From contig OZ024740.1 of NCBI GenBank assembly GCA_964016885.1, forward strand, positions 436,666,001 through 436,730,000: a stretch of DNA of 64,000 nt, given 5' to 3'. The translations under genes and the position numbers were made by a program. Positions 50,501 through 64,000 of the stretch are shown here, in pieces. Every line of letters begins with the position of its first letter. Positions within the stretch are counted from its first letter, which is position 1. Source of the stretch: Eledone cirrhosa (lineage: Eukaryota). The notes beneath the pieces are model-generated. The model searched no databases, had not been told where the DNA came from, and saw only the letters and a program-made list of their open reading frames with translations.

Positions 50501-53500
50501 AGAAATAGCTTGATATGTAGTGAACAGTGAGGGGTTATTACAGAAATAGCTTGACATATAGTGAACAGTGAGGGGTTATTACAGAAATAGATTGACATAT
50601 AGTGAACAGTGAGGGATTATTACAGAAATAGCTTAACATGTATTGAACAGTGAGGGGTAATCAGAGATATAGCTTGACATGTAGTGAACAGTGAGGGGTT
50701 ATTATAGAAATAGATTGACATGTAGTGAACAGTGAGGGGTAATCACAGAAATAGCTTGACATGTAGTTAACAGTGAGGGGTTATCGCAGAAATAGCTTGA
50801 CATGTAGTGAAAAGTGAGGGGTTATCACAGAAATAGCTTGACATGTAGTGAACAGCGAGGGGTAACCACAGATATAACTTGACATGTAGTTAACAGTGAG
50901 GGGTAATTACAGAAATAGCTTGACATGTAGTGAACAGTGGGGTGTTATCACAGAAATAGCTTGACATGTAGTGGAAAGTGAGGGGTAATCACAGAAATAG
51001 CTTGACATGTTGTGAACAGTGAGGGTTATCACAGAAATAGCTTGAAATCTAGTGAACAGTGAGGGGTAATCACATAAATAGCTTGACATGTAGTTAAGAG
51101 TGAGGGGTAATGACAGAAATAGCTTTATATGTAGTGAACAGTGAGGGGTAATTACCGAAATAGCTTGACATGTAGTGAACAGTGAGGGGTTATCACAGAA
51201 ATAGCTTGACATATAGTGAACAGTGAGGGGTAATCACAGAAATAGCTTGTGATGTAGTGAAAAGTGAGGGGTAATCACAGAAATAGCTTGACATGTAGTG
51301 AACAGTGAGGGGTAATCACAGAAATAGCATGACATGTAGTAAACAGTGAGGGGTAATCACAGAAATAGCTTGACATGTAGTTAACAGTGAGGGGTAATCA
51401 CAGAAATAGCTTGACATGTAGTGAACAGTGAGGGGTAATTACAGAAATAGCTTGACATCTAGTGAACAGTGAGGGGTTAACACAGAAATAGCTTGACATG
51501 TAGTGAACAGTGAGGGGTAATCACAGAAATAGCTTGACATGTAGTGAACAGTGAGGGGTTTTTACAGAAATAGCTTGACATGTAGTGAACAGTGAGGGGT
51601 TATTACAGAAATAGCTTGACATGTCGTGAACAGCGAGTGGTTATTACAGAAATAGCTTGACATGTAGTGAACAGTGAGGGGTTATCACAGAAATAGCTTG
51701 ACATCTAATGAACAGTGAGGGGTTATTACAGAAATAGCTTGACATGTAGTGAACAGTGAGTGGTAATCACAGAAATAGCATGACATGTAGTGAACAGTGA
51801 GGGGTAATCACAGAAATAGCTTGACATGTAGTTAACAGTGAGGGGTAATCACAGAAATAGCTTGACATGTAGTGAACAGTGAGGGGTTATTACAGAAATA
51901 GCTTGACATATAGTGAACAGTGAGGGGTTATTATATAAATAGCTTGACATATAGTGAACAGTGAGGGGTTATTACAGAAATAGCTTGACATATAGTGAAC
52001 AGTGAGGGGTTATCACAGAAATAGCTTGTCATGTAGTGAACAGCGAGGGGTAACCACAAATATAACTTGACATGTAGTTAACAGTGAGGGTTAATTACAG
52101 AAATAACTTGACATGTAATGAACAGTGAGGTGTTATCACAGAAATAGCTTGACATGTAGTGAACAGTGAGGGGTAATCACAGAGATAGCTTGACATGTAG
52201 TGGAAAGTGAGGGGTAATCACAGAAATAGCTTGACATGTTGTGAACAGTGAGGGTTATCACAGAAATAGCTTGACATGTAGTTAACAGTGAGGGGTAATG
52301 ACAGAAATAGCTTTACATGTAGTGAACAGTGAGAGGTAATTACCGAAATAGCTTCACATGTAGTGAACAGTGAGGGGTAATCACAGAAATAGCTTGTCAT
52401 GTAGTGAAAAGTGAGGGGTTATCACAGAAATAGCTTGACATGTAGTGAAAAGTGAGGGGTAATCACAGAAATAGAATGACATGTAGTGAACAGTGAGGGG
52501 TAATCACAGAAATAGCTTGACATGTAGTTAACAGTGAGGGGTAATGACAGAAATAGCTTTACATGTAGTGAACAGTGAGGGGTAATTACCGAAAAAGCTT
52601 GACATGTAGTGAACAGTGAGGGGTTATCACAGAAATAGCTTGACATATAGTGAACAGTGAGGGGTAATCACAGAAATAGCTTATCATGTATTGAAAAGTG
52701 AGGGGTAATCACAGAAATAGCTTGACATGTAGTTAACAGTGAGGGGTAATCACAAAAATTGCCTGACATGTAGTGAACATTGTGGGGTTATCACAGAAAT
52801 AGCTTGACATCTAGTGAACAGTGAGGGATTATTACAGAAATAGCTTGACATATAGTGAACAGTGAGGGATTATTACAGAAATAGCTTGACATATAGTGAA
52901 CAGTGAGGGGTTATTACAGAAATAGCTTAATATGTAGTGAACAGTGAGGGTTAATCACAGAAATAGCTTGACATGTAGTGAACAGTGTGGGGTTATTATA
53001 GAAATAGCTTGACATGTAGTGAACAGTGAGGGGTTATTACAGAAATAGCTTGACATGTAGTGAACAGTGAGGGTTTATTACGGAAATAGCTTGACATGTA
53101 GTGAACAGTGAGGGGTTATTACAGAAATAGTTTGACATGTAGTGAACAGTGAGAGGTTATTACAGCAATAGCTTGACATATAGTGAACAGTGAGGGGTTA
53201 TTACAGAAATAGCTTGACATAGTGAACTGTGAGGGATTACTACAGAAAAAGCTTGACATATATTGAACAGTGAGGGGTTATTACAGAAATAGCTTGACAT
53301 CTAGTGAACAGTGAGGGGTTATTACAGAAATAGCTTGACATGTAGTGAACAGTGAGGGTTATCACAGAAATAGCTTGACATCTAGTGAACAGTGAGGGGT
53401 TATTACAGAAATAGCTTGATATGTAGTGAACAGTGAGGGGTTATTACAGAAATAGCTTGACATATAGTGAACAGTGAGGGGTTATTACAGAAATAGATTG

Positions 53501-56500
53501 ACATATAGTGAACAGTGAGGGATTATTACAGGAATAGCTTGACATATAGTGAACAGTGAGGGGTTATTACAGAAATAGCTTAACATGTAGTGAACAGTGA
53601 GGGGTAATCACAGAAATAGCTTGATATGTAGTGAACAGTGAGGGGTTATTATGGAAATAGCTTGACATGTAGTTAACAGTGAGGGGTTATCGCAGATATA
53701 TTTTGACATGTAGTGAACAGTGAGGGGTTATCACAGATATAACTTGACATGTAGTTAACAGTGAGGGGTAATTACAGAAATAGTTTGACATGTAGTGAAC
53801 AGTGAGGTGTTATCACAGAAATAGCTTGACATGTAATGAACAGTGAGGGGTATTCACAGAAATAGCTTGACATGTAGTTAAAAGTAAGTGGTAATAACAG
53901 AAATAGCTTGACATATTTTGAACAGTGAGGGTTATCACAGAAATAGCTTGACATGTAGTGAAAAGTGAGGGGTAATCACAGAAGTATCTTGACATGTAGT
54001 TAACAGTGAGGGGTAATGACAGAAATAGCTTTACATGTAGTGAAAGGTGAGGGGTAATTACCGAAATAGCTTGACATGTAGTGAACAGTGAGGGGTTATC
54101 ACAGAAATAGCTTGACATATAGTGAACAGTGAGGGGTAATCACAGAAATAGCTTGTCATGTAGTGAAAAGTGAGGGGTAATCACAGAAATAGCTTGACAT
54201 GTAGCGAACAGTGAGGGAATATTACAGAAATAGCTTGACATGTAGTGAACAGTGAGGGTTATCACAGAAATAGCTTGACATCTAGTGAACAGTGAGGGGT
54301 TATTACAGAAATATCTTGACATGTAGTGAACAGTGAGGGGTTATTACAGAAATAGATTGACATATAGTGAACAGTGAGAGGTTATTACAGAAATAGCTTG
54401 ACATATAGTGAACAGTGAGGGATTATTACAGAAATAGCTTGACATATAGTGAACAGTGAGGGATTATTACAGAAATAGCTTGACATGTAGTGAACAGTGA
54501 GGGGTTATTACAGAAATAGCTTAACATGTAGTGAACAGTGAGGGGTAATCACAGAAATAGCTTGACATGTAGTGAACAGTGAGGGGTTATTATAAAAATA
54601 GCTTGACGTGTAGTGAACAGTGAGGGGTTATTACACAAATAGCTTGACATGTAGTGAACAGTGAGGGTTTATTACAGAAATAGCTTGACATGTAGTGAAC
54701 AGTGAGGGGTTATTACAGAAATAGTTTGACATGTAGTGAACAGTGAGGGTTTATTACAGCATTAGCTTGACATATAGTGAACAGTGAGGGGTTATTACAG
54801 AAATAGCTTGACATAGTGAACTGTGAGGGATTACTACAGAAAAAGCTTGACATATAGTGAACAGTGAGGGGTTAATACAGAAATAGATTGACATCTAGTG
54901 AACAGTGAGGGGTTATTACAGAAATAGCTTGACATGTAGTGAACAGTGAGGGTTATCACAGAAATAGCTTTACATCTAGTGAACAGTGAGGGGTTATCAC
55001 AGAAATAGCTTGATATGTAGTGAACAGTGAGGGGTTGTTACAGAAATAGCTTGACATATAGTGAACGGTGAGGGGTTATTGCAGAAATAGCTTGACATAT
55101 AGTGAACAGTGAGGGATTATTACAGGAATAGCTTGACATATAGTGAAAAGTGAGGGGTTATTACAGAAATAGCTTAACATGTAGTGAACAGTGAGGGGTA
55201 ATCACAGAAATAGCTTGATATGTAGTGAACAGTGAGGGTTTATTATAGAAATAGCTTGACATGTAGTTAACAGTGAGGGGTTATCGCAGAAATATTTTGA
55301 CATGTAGTGAACAGTGAGGGGTTATCACAGAAATAGCTTGACATGTAGTGAACAGCGAGGGGTAACCACAGAAATAGCTTGACATGTAGTTAAAAGTAAG
55401 TGGTAATCACAGAAATAGCTTGACATGTTTAGAAGAGTGAGGGTTATCACAGAAATAGCTTGACATGTAGTGAAAAGTGAGGGGTAATCACAGAAATATC
55501 TTGACATGTAGTTAACAGTGAGGGGTAATGACAGAAATAGCTTTACATGTAGTGAAAGGTGAGGGGTAATTACCGAAATTGCTCGACATGTAGTGAACAG
55601 TGAGGGGTTATCACAGAAATAGCTTGACATATAGTGAACAGTGAGGGGTAATCACAGAAATAGATTGTCATGTAGTGAAAAGTGAGGGATAATCACAGAA
55701 ATAGCTTGACATGTAGTGAACAGTGAGGGAATATTACAGAAATAGCTTGACATCTAGTGAACAGTGAGGGGTTATTACAGAAACACCTTGACATGTAGTG
55801 AACAGTGAGGGGTTATTACAGAAATAGCTTGACATATAGTGAACAGTGAGGGGTTATTACAGAAATAGCTTGACATATAGTGAACAGTGAGGGATCATTA
55901 CAGAAATAGATTAACATGTAGTGAACAGTGAGGGGTAATCACAGAAATAGCTTGACATGTAGTTAACAGTGAGGGGTTATCGCAGAAATATCTTGACATG
56001 TAGTGAACAGTGAGGGGTTATCACAGAAATAGCTTGACATGTAATGAACAGCGAGGAGTAACCACAGATATAACTTGACATGTAGTTAACAGTGAGGGGT
56101 AATTACAGAAATAGCTTGACATGTAGTGAACAGTGAGGTGTTATCACAGAATTAGCTTGACATGTAGTGAACAATGAGGGGTAATCACAGAAATAGCTTG
56201 ACATGTAGTGAAAAGTGAGTGGTAATCAGAGGAATAGCTTGACATGTTGTGAACAGTGAGGGTTATCACAGAAATAGCTTGACATGTAGTGAACAGTGAG
56301 GGGTAATCACAGAAATAGCTTGACATGTAAACAGTGAGGGGTAATGACAGAAATAACTTTACATGTAGTGAACAGTGAGGGGTAATTACCGATATAGCTT
56401 GACATGTAGTGAACAATGAGGGGTTATCACAGAAATAGCTTGACATATAGTGAACAGTGAGGGGTAATCACAGAAATAGCTTGACATGTAGTGAACAGTG

Positions 56501-59500
56501 AGGGGTAATTACAGAAATAGGTTGACATGTATTGAACAGTGAATGGGTAATCACAGAAATAGCTTGACATGTAGTGAAATGTGAGGTGTTATCAGAGAAA
56601 TAGCTTGACATGTAATTAAAAGTGAGGGTTACTCACAGAAATAGCTTGACATGTAGTGAACAGTGAGGGTTTATCACAGAAATAGCTCGACATGTAGTGA
56701 AAAGTGAGGGGTTATCACAGAAATAGCTTGACATGTAGTGAACAGTGAGGGTTAATCACAGAAATAGCATGACATGTAGTGAACAGTGAGGGGTAATTAC
56801 AGAAATAGCTTGACATGTAGTTAACAGTGAGGGGTAATCACAGAAATAGCTTGACATGTAGTGAACAGTGAGGGGTTATTACGGAAATAGCTTGACATAT
56901 AGTGAACAGTGAGGGGTTATTACAGAAATAGCTTGACATATAGTGAACAGTGAGGGATTATTACAGAAATAGCTTGAGATATAGTGAACATTGAGGGGTT
57001 ATTACAGAAATAGCTTAACATGTAGTGAACAGTGAGGGGTAATCACAGAAATAGCTTGACATGTAGTGAACAGTGAGGGGTTATTACAGAAATAGCTTGA
57101 CATGTAGTGAACAGTGAGGGGTAATCACAGAAATAGCTTGACATGTAGTTAACAGTGAGGGGTTATCGCAGAAATAGCTTGACATGTAGTTAACAGTGAG
57201 GGTTTATCACAGAAATAGCTTGACATGTAGTGAACAGCGAGGGGTAACCACAGATATAACTTGACATGTAGTTAACAGTGAGGGGTAATTTCAGAAATAG
57301 CTTGACATGTAGTGAACAGTGAGGTGTTATCACAGAAATAGCTTGACATGTAGTGAACAGTGAGGGGTAATCACAGAAATATCTTGACATGTAGTTAACA
57401 GTGAGGGGTAATGACAGAAATAGCTTTACATGTAGTGAAAGGTGAGGGGTAATTACCGAAATAGCTTGACATGTAGTGAACAGTGAGGGGTTATTACAGA
57501 AATAGCTTGACATATAGTGAACAGTGAGGGGTTATTACAGAAATAGCTTGACATGTAGTGAACAGTGAGGGTTATCACAGAAATAGCTTGACATCTAGTG
57601 AACAGTGAGGGGTCATTACAGAAACAGCTTGACATGTAGTGAACAGTGAGGGCTTATTACAGAAATAGCTTGACATATAGTGAACAGTGAGGGGTTATTA
57701 CAGAAATAGCTTGACATATAGTGAACAGTGAGGGGTTATTACAGCAATAGCTTGACATATAGTGAACAGTGAGGGGTTATTACAGAAATAGCTTGACATA
57801 GTGAACTGTGAGGGATTACTACAGAAAAAGCTTGACATATAGTGAACAGTGAGGGGTTATTACAGAAATAGCTTGACATCTAGTGAACAGTGAGGGGTTA
57901 TTACAGAAATAGCTTGACATGTAGTGAACAGTGAGGGTTATCACAGAAATAGCTTGACATCTAGTGAACAGTGAGGGGTTATCACAGAAATAGCTTGATA
58001 TGTAGTGAACAGTGAGGAGTTATTACAGAAATAGCTTGACATATAGTGAACAGTGAGGGGTTATTACAGAAATAGCTTGACATATAGTGAACAGTGAGGG
58101 ATTATTACAGGAATAGCTTGACATATAGTGAACAGTGAAGGGTTATTACAGAAATAGCTTAACATGTAGTGAACAGTGAGGGGTAATCACAGAAATAGCT
58201 TGATATGTAGTGAACAGTGAGGGGTTATTATAGAAATAGCTTGACATGTAGTTAACAGTGAGGGGTTATCGCAGAAATATTTTGACATGTAGTGAACAGT
58301 GAGGGGTTATCACAGAAATAGCTTGACATGTAGTGAACAGCGAGGGGTAACCACAGATATAACTTGACATGTAGTTAACAGTGAGGGGTAATTACAGAAA
58401 TAGCTTGACATGTAGTGAACAGTGAGGTGTTATCACAGAAATAGCTTGACATGTAGTGAACAGTGAGGGGTATTCACAGAAATAGCTTGACATGTAGTTA
58501 AAAGTAAGTGGTAATCACAGAAATAGCTTGACATGTTTTGAAGTGTGAGGGTTATGACAGAAATAGCTGGACATGTAGTGAAAAGTGAGGGGTAATCAGA
58601 GAAATATCTTGACATGTATTTAACAGTGAGGGGTAATGAGAGAAATAGCTTTACATGTAGTGAAAGGTGAGGGGTAATTACCGAAATAGCTTGACATGTA
58701 GTGAACAGTGAGGGGTTATCACAGAAATAGCTTGACATATAGTGAACAGTGAGGGAGTATTACAGAAATAGCTTGACATGTAGTGAACAGTGAGGGTTAT
58801 CACAGAAATAGCTTGACATCTAGTGAACAGTGAGGGGTTATTACAGAAACACCTTGACATGTAGTGAACAGTGAGGGGTTATTACAGAAATAGCTTGACA
58901 TATAGTGAACAGTGAGGGGTTATTACAGAAATAGCTTGACATATAGTGAACAGTGAGGGATTATTACAGAAATAGCTTGACATATAGTGAACAGTGAGGG
59001 GTTATTACAGAAATAGCTTAACATGTAGTGAACAGTGAGGGGTAATCACAGAAATAGCTTGACATGTAGTTAACAGTGACGGGTTATCGCAGAAATATCT
59101 TGACATGTAGTGAACAGTGAGGGGTTATCACAGAAATAGCTTGACATGTAGTGAACAGCGAGGAGTAACCACAGATATAACTTGACATGTAGTTAACAGT
59201 GAGGGGTAATTACAGAAATAGCTTGACATGTAGTGAACAGTGAGGTGTTATCACAGAATTAGCTTGACATGTAGTGAAAAGTGAGTGGTAATCAGAGAAA
59301 TAGCTTTACATGTTGTGAACAGTGAGGGTTATCACAGAAATAGCTTGACATGTAGTGAACAGTGAGGGGTAATCACAGAAATAGCTTGACATGTAAACAG
59401 TGAGGGGTAATGACAGAAATAACTTTACATGTAGTGAACAGTGAGGGGTAATTACCGATATAGCTTGACATGTAGTGAACAATGAGGGGTAATCACAGAA

Positions 59501-61993
59501 ATAGCTTGACATGTAGTGAACAGTGAGGGGTAATTACAGAAATAGGTTGACATGTATTGAACAGTGAATGGGTAATCACAGAAATAGCTTGACATGTAGT
59601 GAAATGTGAGGTGTTATCACAGAAATAGCTTGACATGTAATTAAAAGTGAGGGTTACTCACAGAAATAGCTTGACATGTAGTGAACAGTGATGGGTTATC
59701 ACAGAAATAGCTCGACATGTAGTGAAATGTGAGGGGTTATCACAGAAATAGATTGACATGTAGTGAACAGTGAGGGTTAATCACAGAAATAGCATGACAT
59801 GTAGTGAACAGTGAGGGGTAATCACAGAAATAGCTTGACATGTAGTTAACAGTGAGGGGTTATCGCAGAAATAGCTTGACATGTAGTTAACAGTGAGGGG
59901 TTATCACAGAAATAGCTTGACATGTAGTGAACAGCGAGGGGTAACCACATATATAACTTGACATGTAGTTAACAGTGAGGGGTAATTACAGAAATAGCTT
60001 GACATGTAGTGAACAGTGAGGTGTTATCACAGAAATAGCTTGACATGTAGTGGAAATTGATGGGTAGTCACAGAAATAGCTTGACATGTAGTTAACAGTG
60101 AGGGGTAATGACAGAAATAGCTTTATATGTAGTGAACAGTGACGGGTGATTACCGAAATAGCTTGACATGTTGTGAACAGCGAGGGGTTATCACAGAAAT
60201 AGCTTGACATGTAGTGAAAAGTTAGGGGTAATCACAGAAATAGCTTGACATGTAGTGAACAGTGAGGGGTTATCACAGAAATAGCTAGACATGTAGTCAA
60301 CAGTGAGGGATAATCACAGAAATAGCTTGATATGTAGTCAACAGTGAAGGGTCATCACAGAAATAGCTTGACATGTAATTAAAAGTGAGGGGTAATCACA
60401 GAAATAGCTTGACATGTAGTGAACAGTGAGGGGTAATCACAGAAATAGCTTGACATGTAGTGAACAGTGAGGGGCAATTACAGAAATAGCTTGACATGTA
60501 GTGAACAGTGAAGGGTTATCACAGAAATAACTTGACATGTAGTGAACAGTGAGGGGTTATCACAGAAATAGCTTGACATGTAGTGAACAGTGAGGGGTAA
60601 TCTCAGAAATAGCTTGACATGTAGTGAACAGTGAGGGGTAATCACAGAAATAGCTTGACATGTAGTTAACAGTGAGGGGTTATCACAGAAATAGCTTGAC
60701 ATTTAGTGAATAGTGAGGGGTTATCACAGAAATAGCTTGACATCTAGTGAACAGTGATGGGTTATTACAGAAATAGCTTGACATGTAGTGAACAGTGAGG
60801 GGTTTTTACAGAAATAGATTGACATGTAGTGAACAGTGAGGGTTTATTACAGAAATAGCTTGACGTGTCGTGAACAGCGAGTGGTTATTACAGAAATAGC
60901 TTGACATGTAATGAACAGTGAGGGGTTATCACAGAAATAGCTTGACATGTAGTGAACAGTGAGTGGTAATCACAGAAATAGCATGACATGTAGTGAACAG
61001 TGAGGGGTAATCACAGAAATAGCTTGACATGTAATTAACAGTGAGGGGTAATCACAGAAATAGCTTGACATGTAGTGAACAGTGAGGGGTTATTACAGAA
61101 ATAGCCTGACATATAGTGAACAGTGAGGGGTTATTATAGAAATAGCTTGACATATAGTGAACAGTGAGGGATTTTACAGAAATATCTTGACATATAGTGA
61201 ACAGTGAGGTGTTATTACAGAAATAGCTTAACATGTAGTGAACAGTGAGGGGTAATCACAGAAATAGCTTGACATGTAGTGAACAGTGAGGGGTTATTAT
61301 AGAAATAGCTTGACATGTAGTGAACAGTGAGGGGCAATCACAGAAATAGCTTGACATGTAGTTAACAGTGAGGGGTTATCACAGAAATAGCTTGACATGT
61401 AGTGAACAGTGAGGGGTTATCACAGAAATAGCTTAACATGTAGTGAACAGCGAGGGGTAACCACAAATATAACTTGACATGTAGTTAACAGTGAGGGGTA
61501 ATTACAGAAATAACTTGACATGTAATGAACAGTGAGGTGTTATCACAGAAATAGCTTGACATGTAGTGAACAGTGAGGGGTAATCACAGAGATAGCTTGA
61601 CATGTAGTGGAAAGTGAGGGGTAATCACAGAAATAGCTTGACATGTTGTGAACAGTGAGGGTTATCACAGAAATAGGTTGACATGTAGTGAACCGTGAGG
61701 GGTAATCGCAGAAATAGCTTGACATGTAGTTAACAGTGAGGGGTAATGACAGAAATAGCTTTACATGTAGTGAACAGTGAGGGGTAATTACCGAAATAGC
61801 TTGACATGTAGTGAACAGTGAGGGGTAATCACAGAAATAGCTTGTCAGGTAGTGAAAAGTGAGCTGTTATCACAGAAATAGCTTGACATGTAGTGAACAG
61901 TGAGGGGTAATCACAAAAATAGCTTGTCATGTAGTGAAAAGTGAGGGGTTATCACAGAAATAGCTTGACATGTAGTGAACAGTGAGGGGTAAT
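35528..61993 (+). repeat. 41-bp tandem satellite, consensus GTTAT(C/T)ACAGAAATAGCTTGACATGTAGTGAACAGTGAGGG, ~645 monomers
   Basis: 41-nt period (TATCACAG at 35531, 35572, ...), occasional 39/40/42-nt monomers and kb-scale internal duplications. Confidence 0.99.
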
Positions 61994-64000
61994 CCTCACT
62001 TTTCACTAATGTCAAGCTATTTCTGTGATAATCTCTCACTGTTCACTAAATATGAAGCTATTTGTGTGATAACCACTCACTATTCACTACAAGTAAAGCT
62101 ATTTCTGTGATAATCCCTCACTGTTCACTACATGTCAAGCTATTTCTGTGATAACCCCTCACTGTTCACTACATGTCAAGCTATTTCTGTAGTTACCCCT
62201 CATTGTTCTCTATATGTCAAGCTATTTCTGTGATAACCGCTCACTGTTTTCTACATGTCAAGCTATTTCTGTAATAACCCCTCACTGTTCACTACATGTC
62301 AAGCTATTTCTGTAATAACCACTCACTGTTCACTACATGTCAAGCTATTTCTGTGATTACCCCCTCACTGTTCACTACATGTCAAGCTATTTCCGGTGAT
62401 TACCCCTCACTGTTCACTATATGTCAAGCTATTTCTGTGATTACCCCTCTCTGTTCACTACATGTCACGCTATTTCTGTGATAACCTGTCACTGTTCACT
62501 ATATGTCAAGCTATTTCTGTGATTACCCCTCACTGTTCACTACATGTCATGCTATTTCTGTGATAACCTCTCACTGTTCACTACATGTCAAGCTATTTCT
62601 GTGATAACCTCTCACTCTTCACTACATGTCAAGCTCTTTCTGTGATAAGCCCTCACTGTTCACTAATGTCAAGCTATTTCTGTGATAACCCCTCACTGTT
62701 CACTACATGTCAAACTATTTCTCTGATAATCCCTCAATATTCATTACATGTCAAGCAATTCCTGTGATAACCTCTCACTGTTCACTACATGTCAAGCTAT
62801 TTCTGTGATAACCTCTCACTGTTCACTACATGTCAAGCTATTTCTGTGATAATCCCTCAATGTTCACTAAATATCAAGCTAATTCTGTGATAACCACTCA
62901 CTATTCACTACATGTAAAGCTATTTCTGTGATAATCCCTCACTGTTCATTACATGTCAAGCTATTTCTGTGATAACCCCTCACTGTTCACTACATGTCAA
63001 GCTATTTCTTTGAAAATCCATCATTATTCACTACAAGTCAAGCTATTTCTGTGATAACCCCTCACTGTTCACTACATGTCAAGCTATTTCTGTGATAACC
63101 CCTCACTGTTCACTACATGTCAAGCTATTTCTGTGATAACCCCTCATTGTTCACTACATTCAAGCTATTTTTGTAATTACCCCTCATTGTTCACTATATG
63201 TCAAGTTATTTCTGTGATAACCGCTCACTGTTTTCTACATGTCAAGCTATTTCTGTAATAACCCCTCACTGTTCACTACATGTCAAGCTATTTCTGTAAT
63301 AACCACTCACTGTTCACTATATGTCAAGCTATTTATGTGATAACCCCTCACTGTTCTCTACATGTCAAGCTATTTCTGTAATAACCCCTCACTGTTCACT
63401 ACAGGTCAAGCTATTTCTTTGATAAACCCTCACTGTTCACTACGTGTAAAGCTATTTCTGTGATAATCCTTCACTGTTCACTACATGTCATCTATTTCTG
63501 TGATAACCCCTCACTGTTCACTACATGTCAAGCTATTTCTGTGATAATCCCTCACTGTTCACTACATGTCAAGCAATATCCGGTGATTGCACCTGACTGT
63601 TCACTATATGTCAAGCTATTTCTGTGATAACCCCTCACTGTTCAGTACATATCAAGCTATTTCTGTGATAACCCCTCACTGTTCACTACATGTCAAGCTA
63701 TTTCTGTGATAACGTCTCACTGTTCACTACATGTCAAGCTATTTCTGTGAGAAGCCCTCACTGTTCACTACATGTCAAGCTATTTCTGTGATAAACCCTC
63801 ACAGTTCACTACATGTCATGCTATTTCTGTGATAACCTCTCACTGTTCACTACATGTCAAGCTATTTCTGTGATAACCTCTCACTCTTCACTACATGTCA
63901 AGCTCTTTCTGTGATAAGCCCTCACTGTTCACTACATGTCAAGCTATTTCTGTGATTACCCCCTCACTGTTCACTACATGTCAAGCTATTTCCGGTGATT
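61994..64000 (-). repeat. Same 41-bp satellite in inverted orientation, ~49 monomers, runs off the 3' edge
   Basis: CCCTCACTGTTCACTACATGTCAAGCTATTTCTGTGATAAC is the reverse complement of the upstream monomer. Confidence 0.98.

Noticed and set aside
36681-63258. Dozens of 60-107 aa Cys/His-rich ORFs (MSSYFCDNPSLFTTCQ...)
   Set aside because: Translations of the 41-bp satellite. They switch strand exactly at the inversion and show no zinc-finger spacing.
35528-64000. p53-like (ACATGT) and GATA (TTATCA) sites in each 41-bp monomer
   Set aside because: The p53 half-site flanks do not fit RRRCWWGYYY, and short motifs multiplied by tandem repetition are not evidence of function.

Overview
Eukaryotic, gene-poor, repeat-dominated window. 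An animal, probably an octopod cephalopod, is inferred from a SINE I recognise from memory. Two large satellite arrays, an 18-bp array (1-25,983) and a 41-bp array (35,528-64,000), make up about 85% of the window. The ~9.5-kb island between them holds a 76-bp minisatellite, a G-rich 18/20-bp minisatellite, simple repeats, a tRNA-derived SINE and the only credible coding sequence. That sequence is a 5'-truncated Penelope-like retroelement (Naiad-type) with an uninterrupted thumb/linker/GIY-YIG endonuclease frame, a 1.4-kb 3' UTR, a minimal type I hammerhead ribozyme and a terminal stem-loop, and it sits in a (TA)n tract. The 41-bp array flips orientation at 61,988-61,993 with only a 6-nt spacer, and the 18-bp array ends in a small fold-back hairpin. 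All other ORFs in the supplied track look like translations of repeats or chance AT-rich ORFs. I found no convincing new biological system. The best leads are the ribozyme-bearing retroelement and the fold-back junctions.
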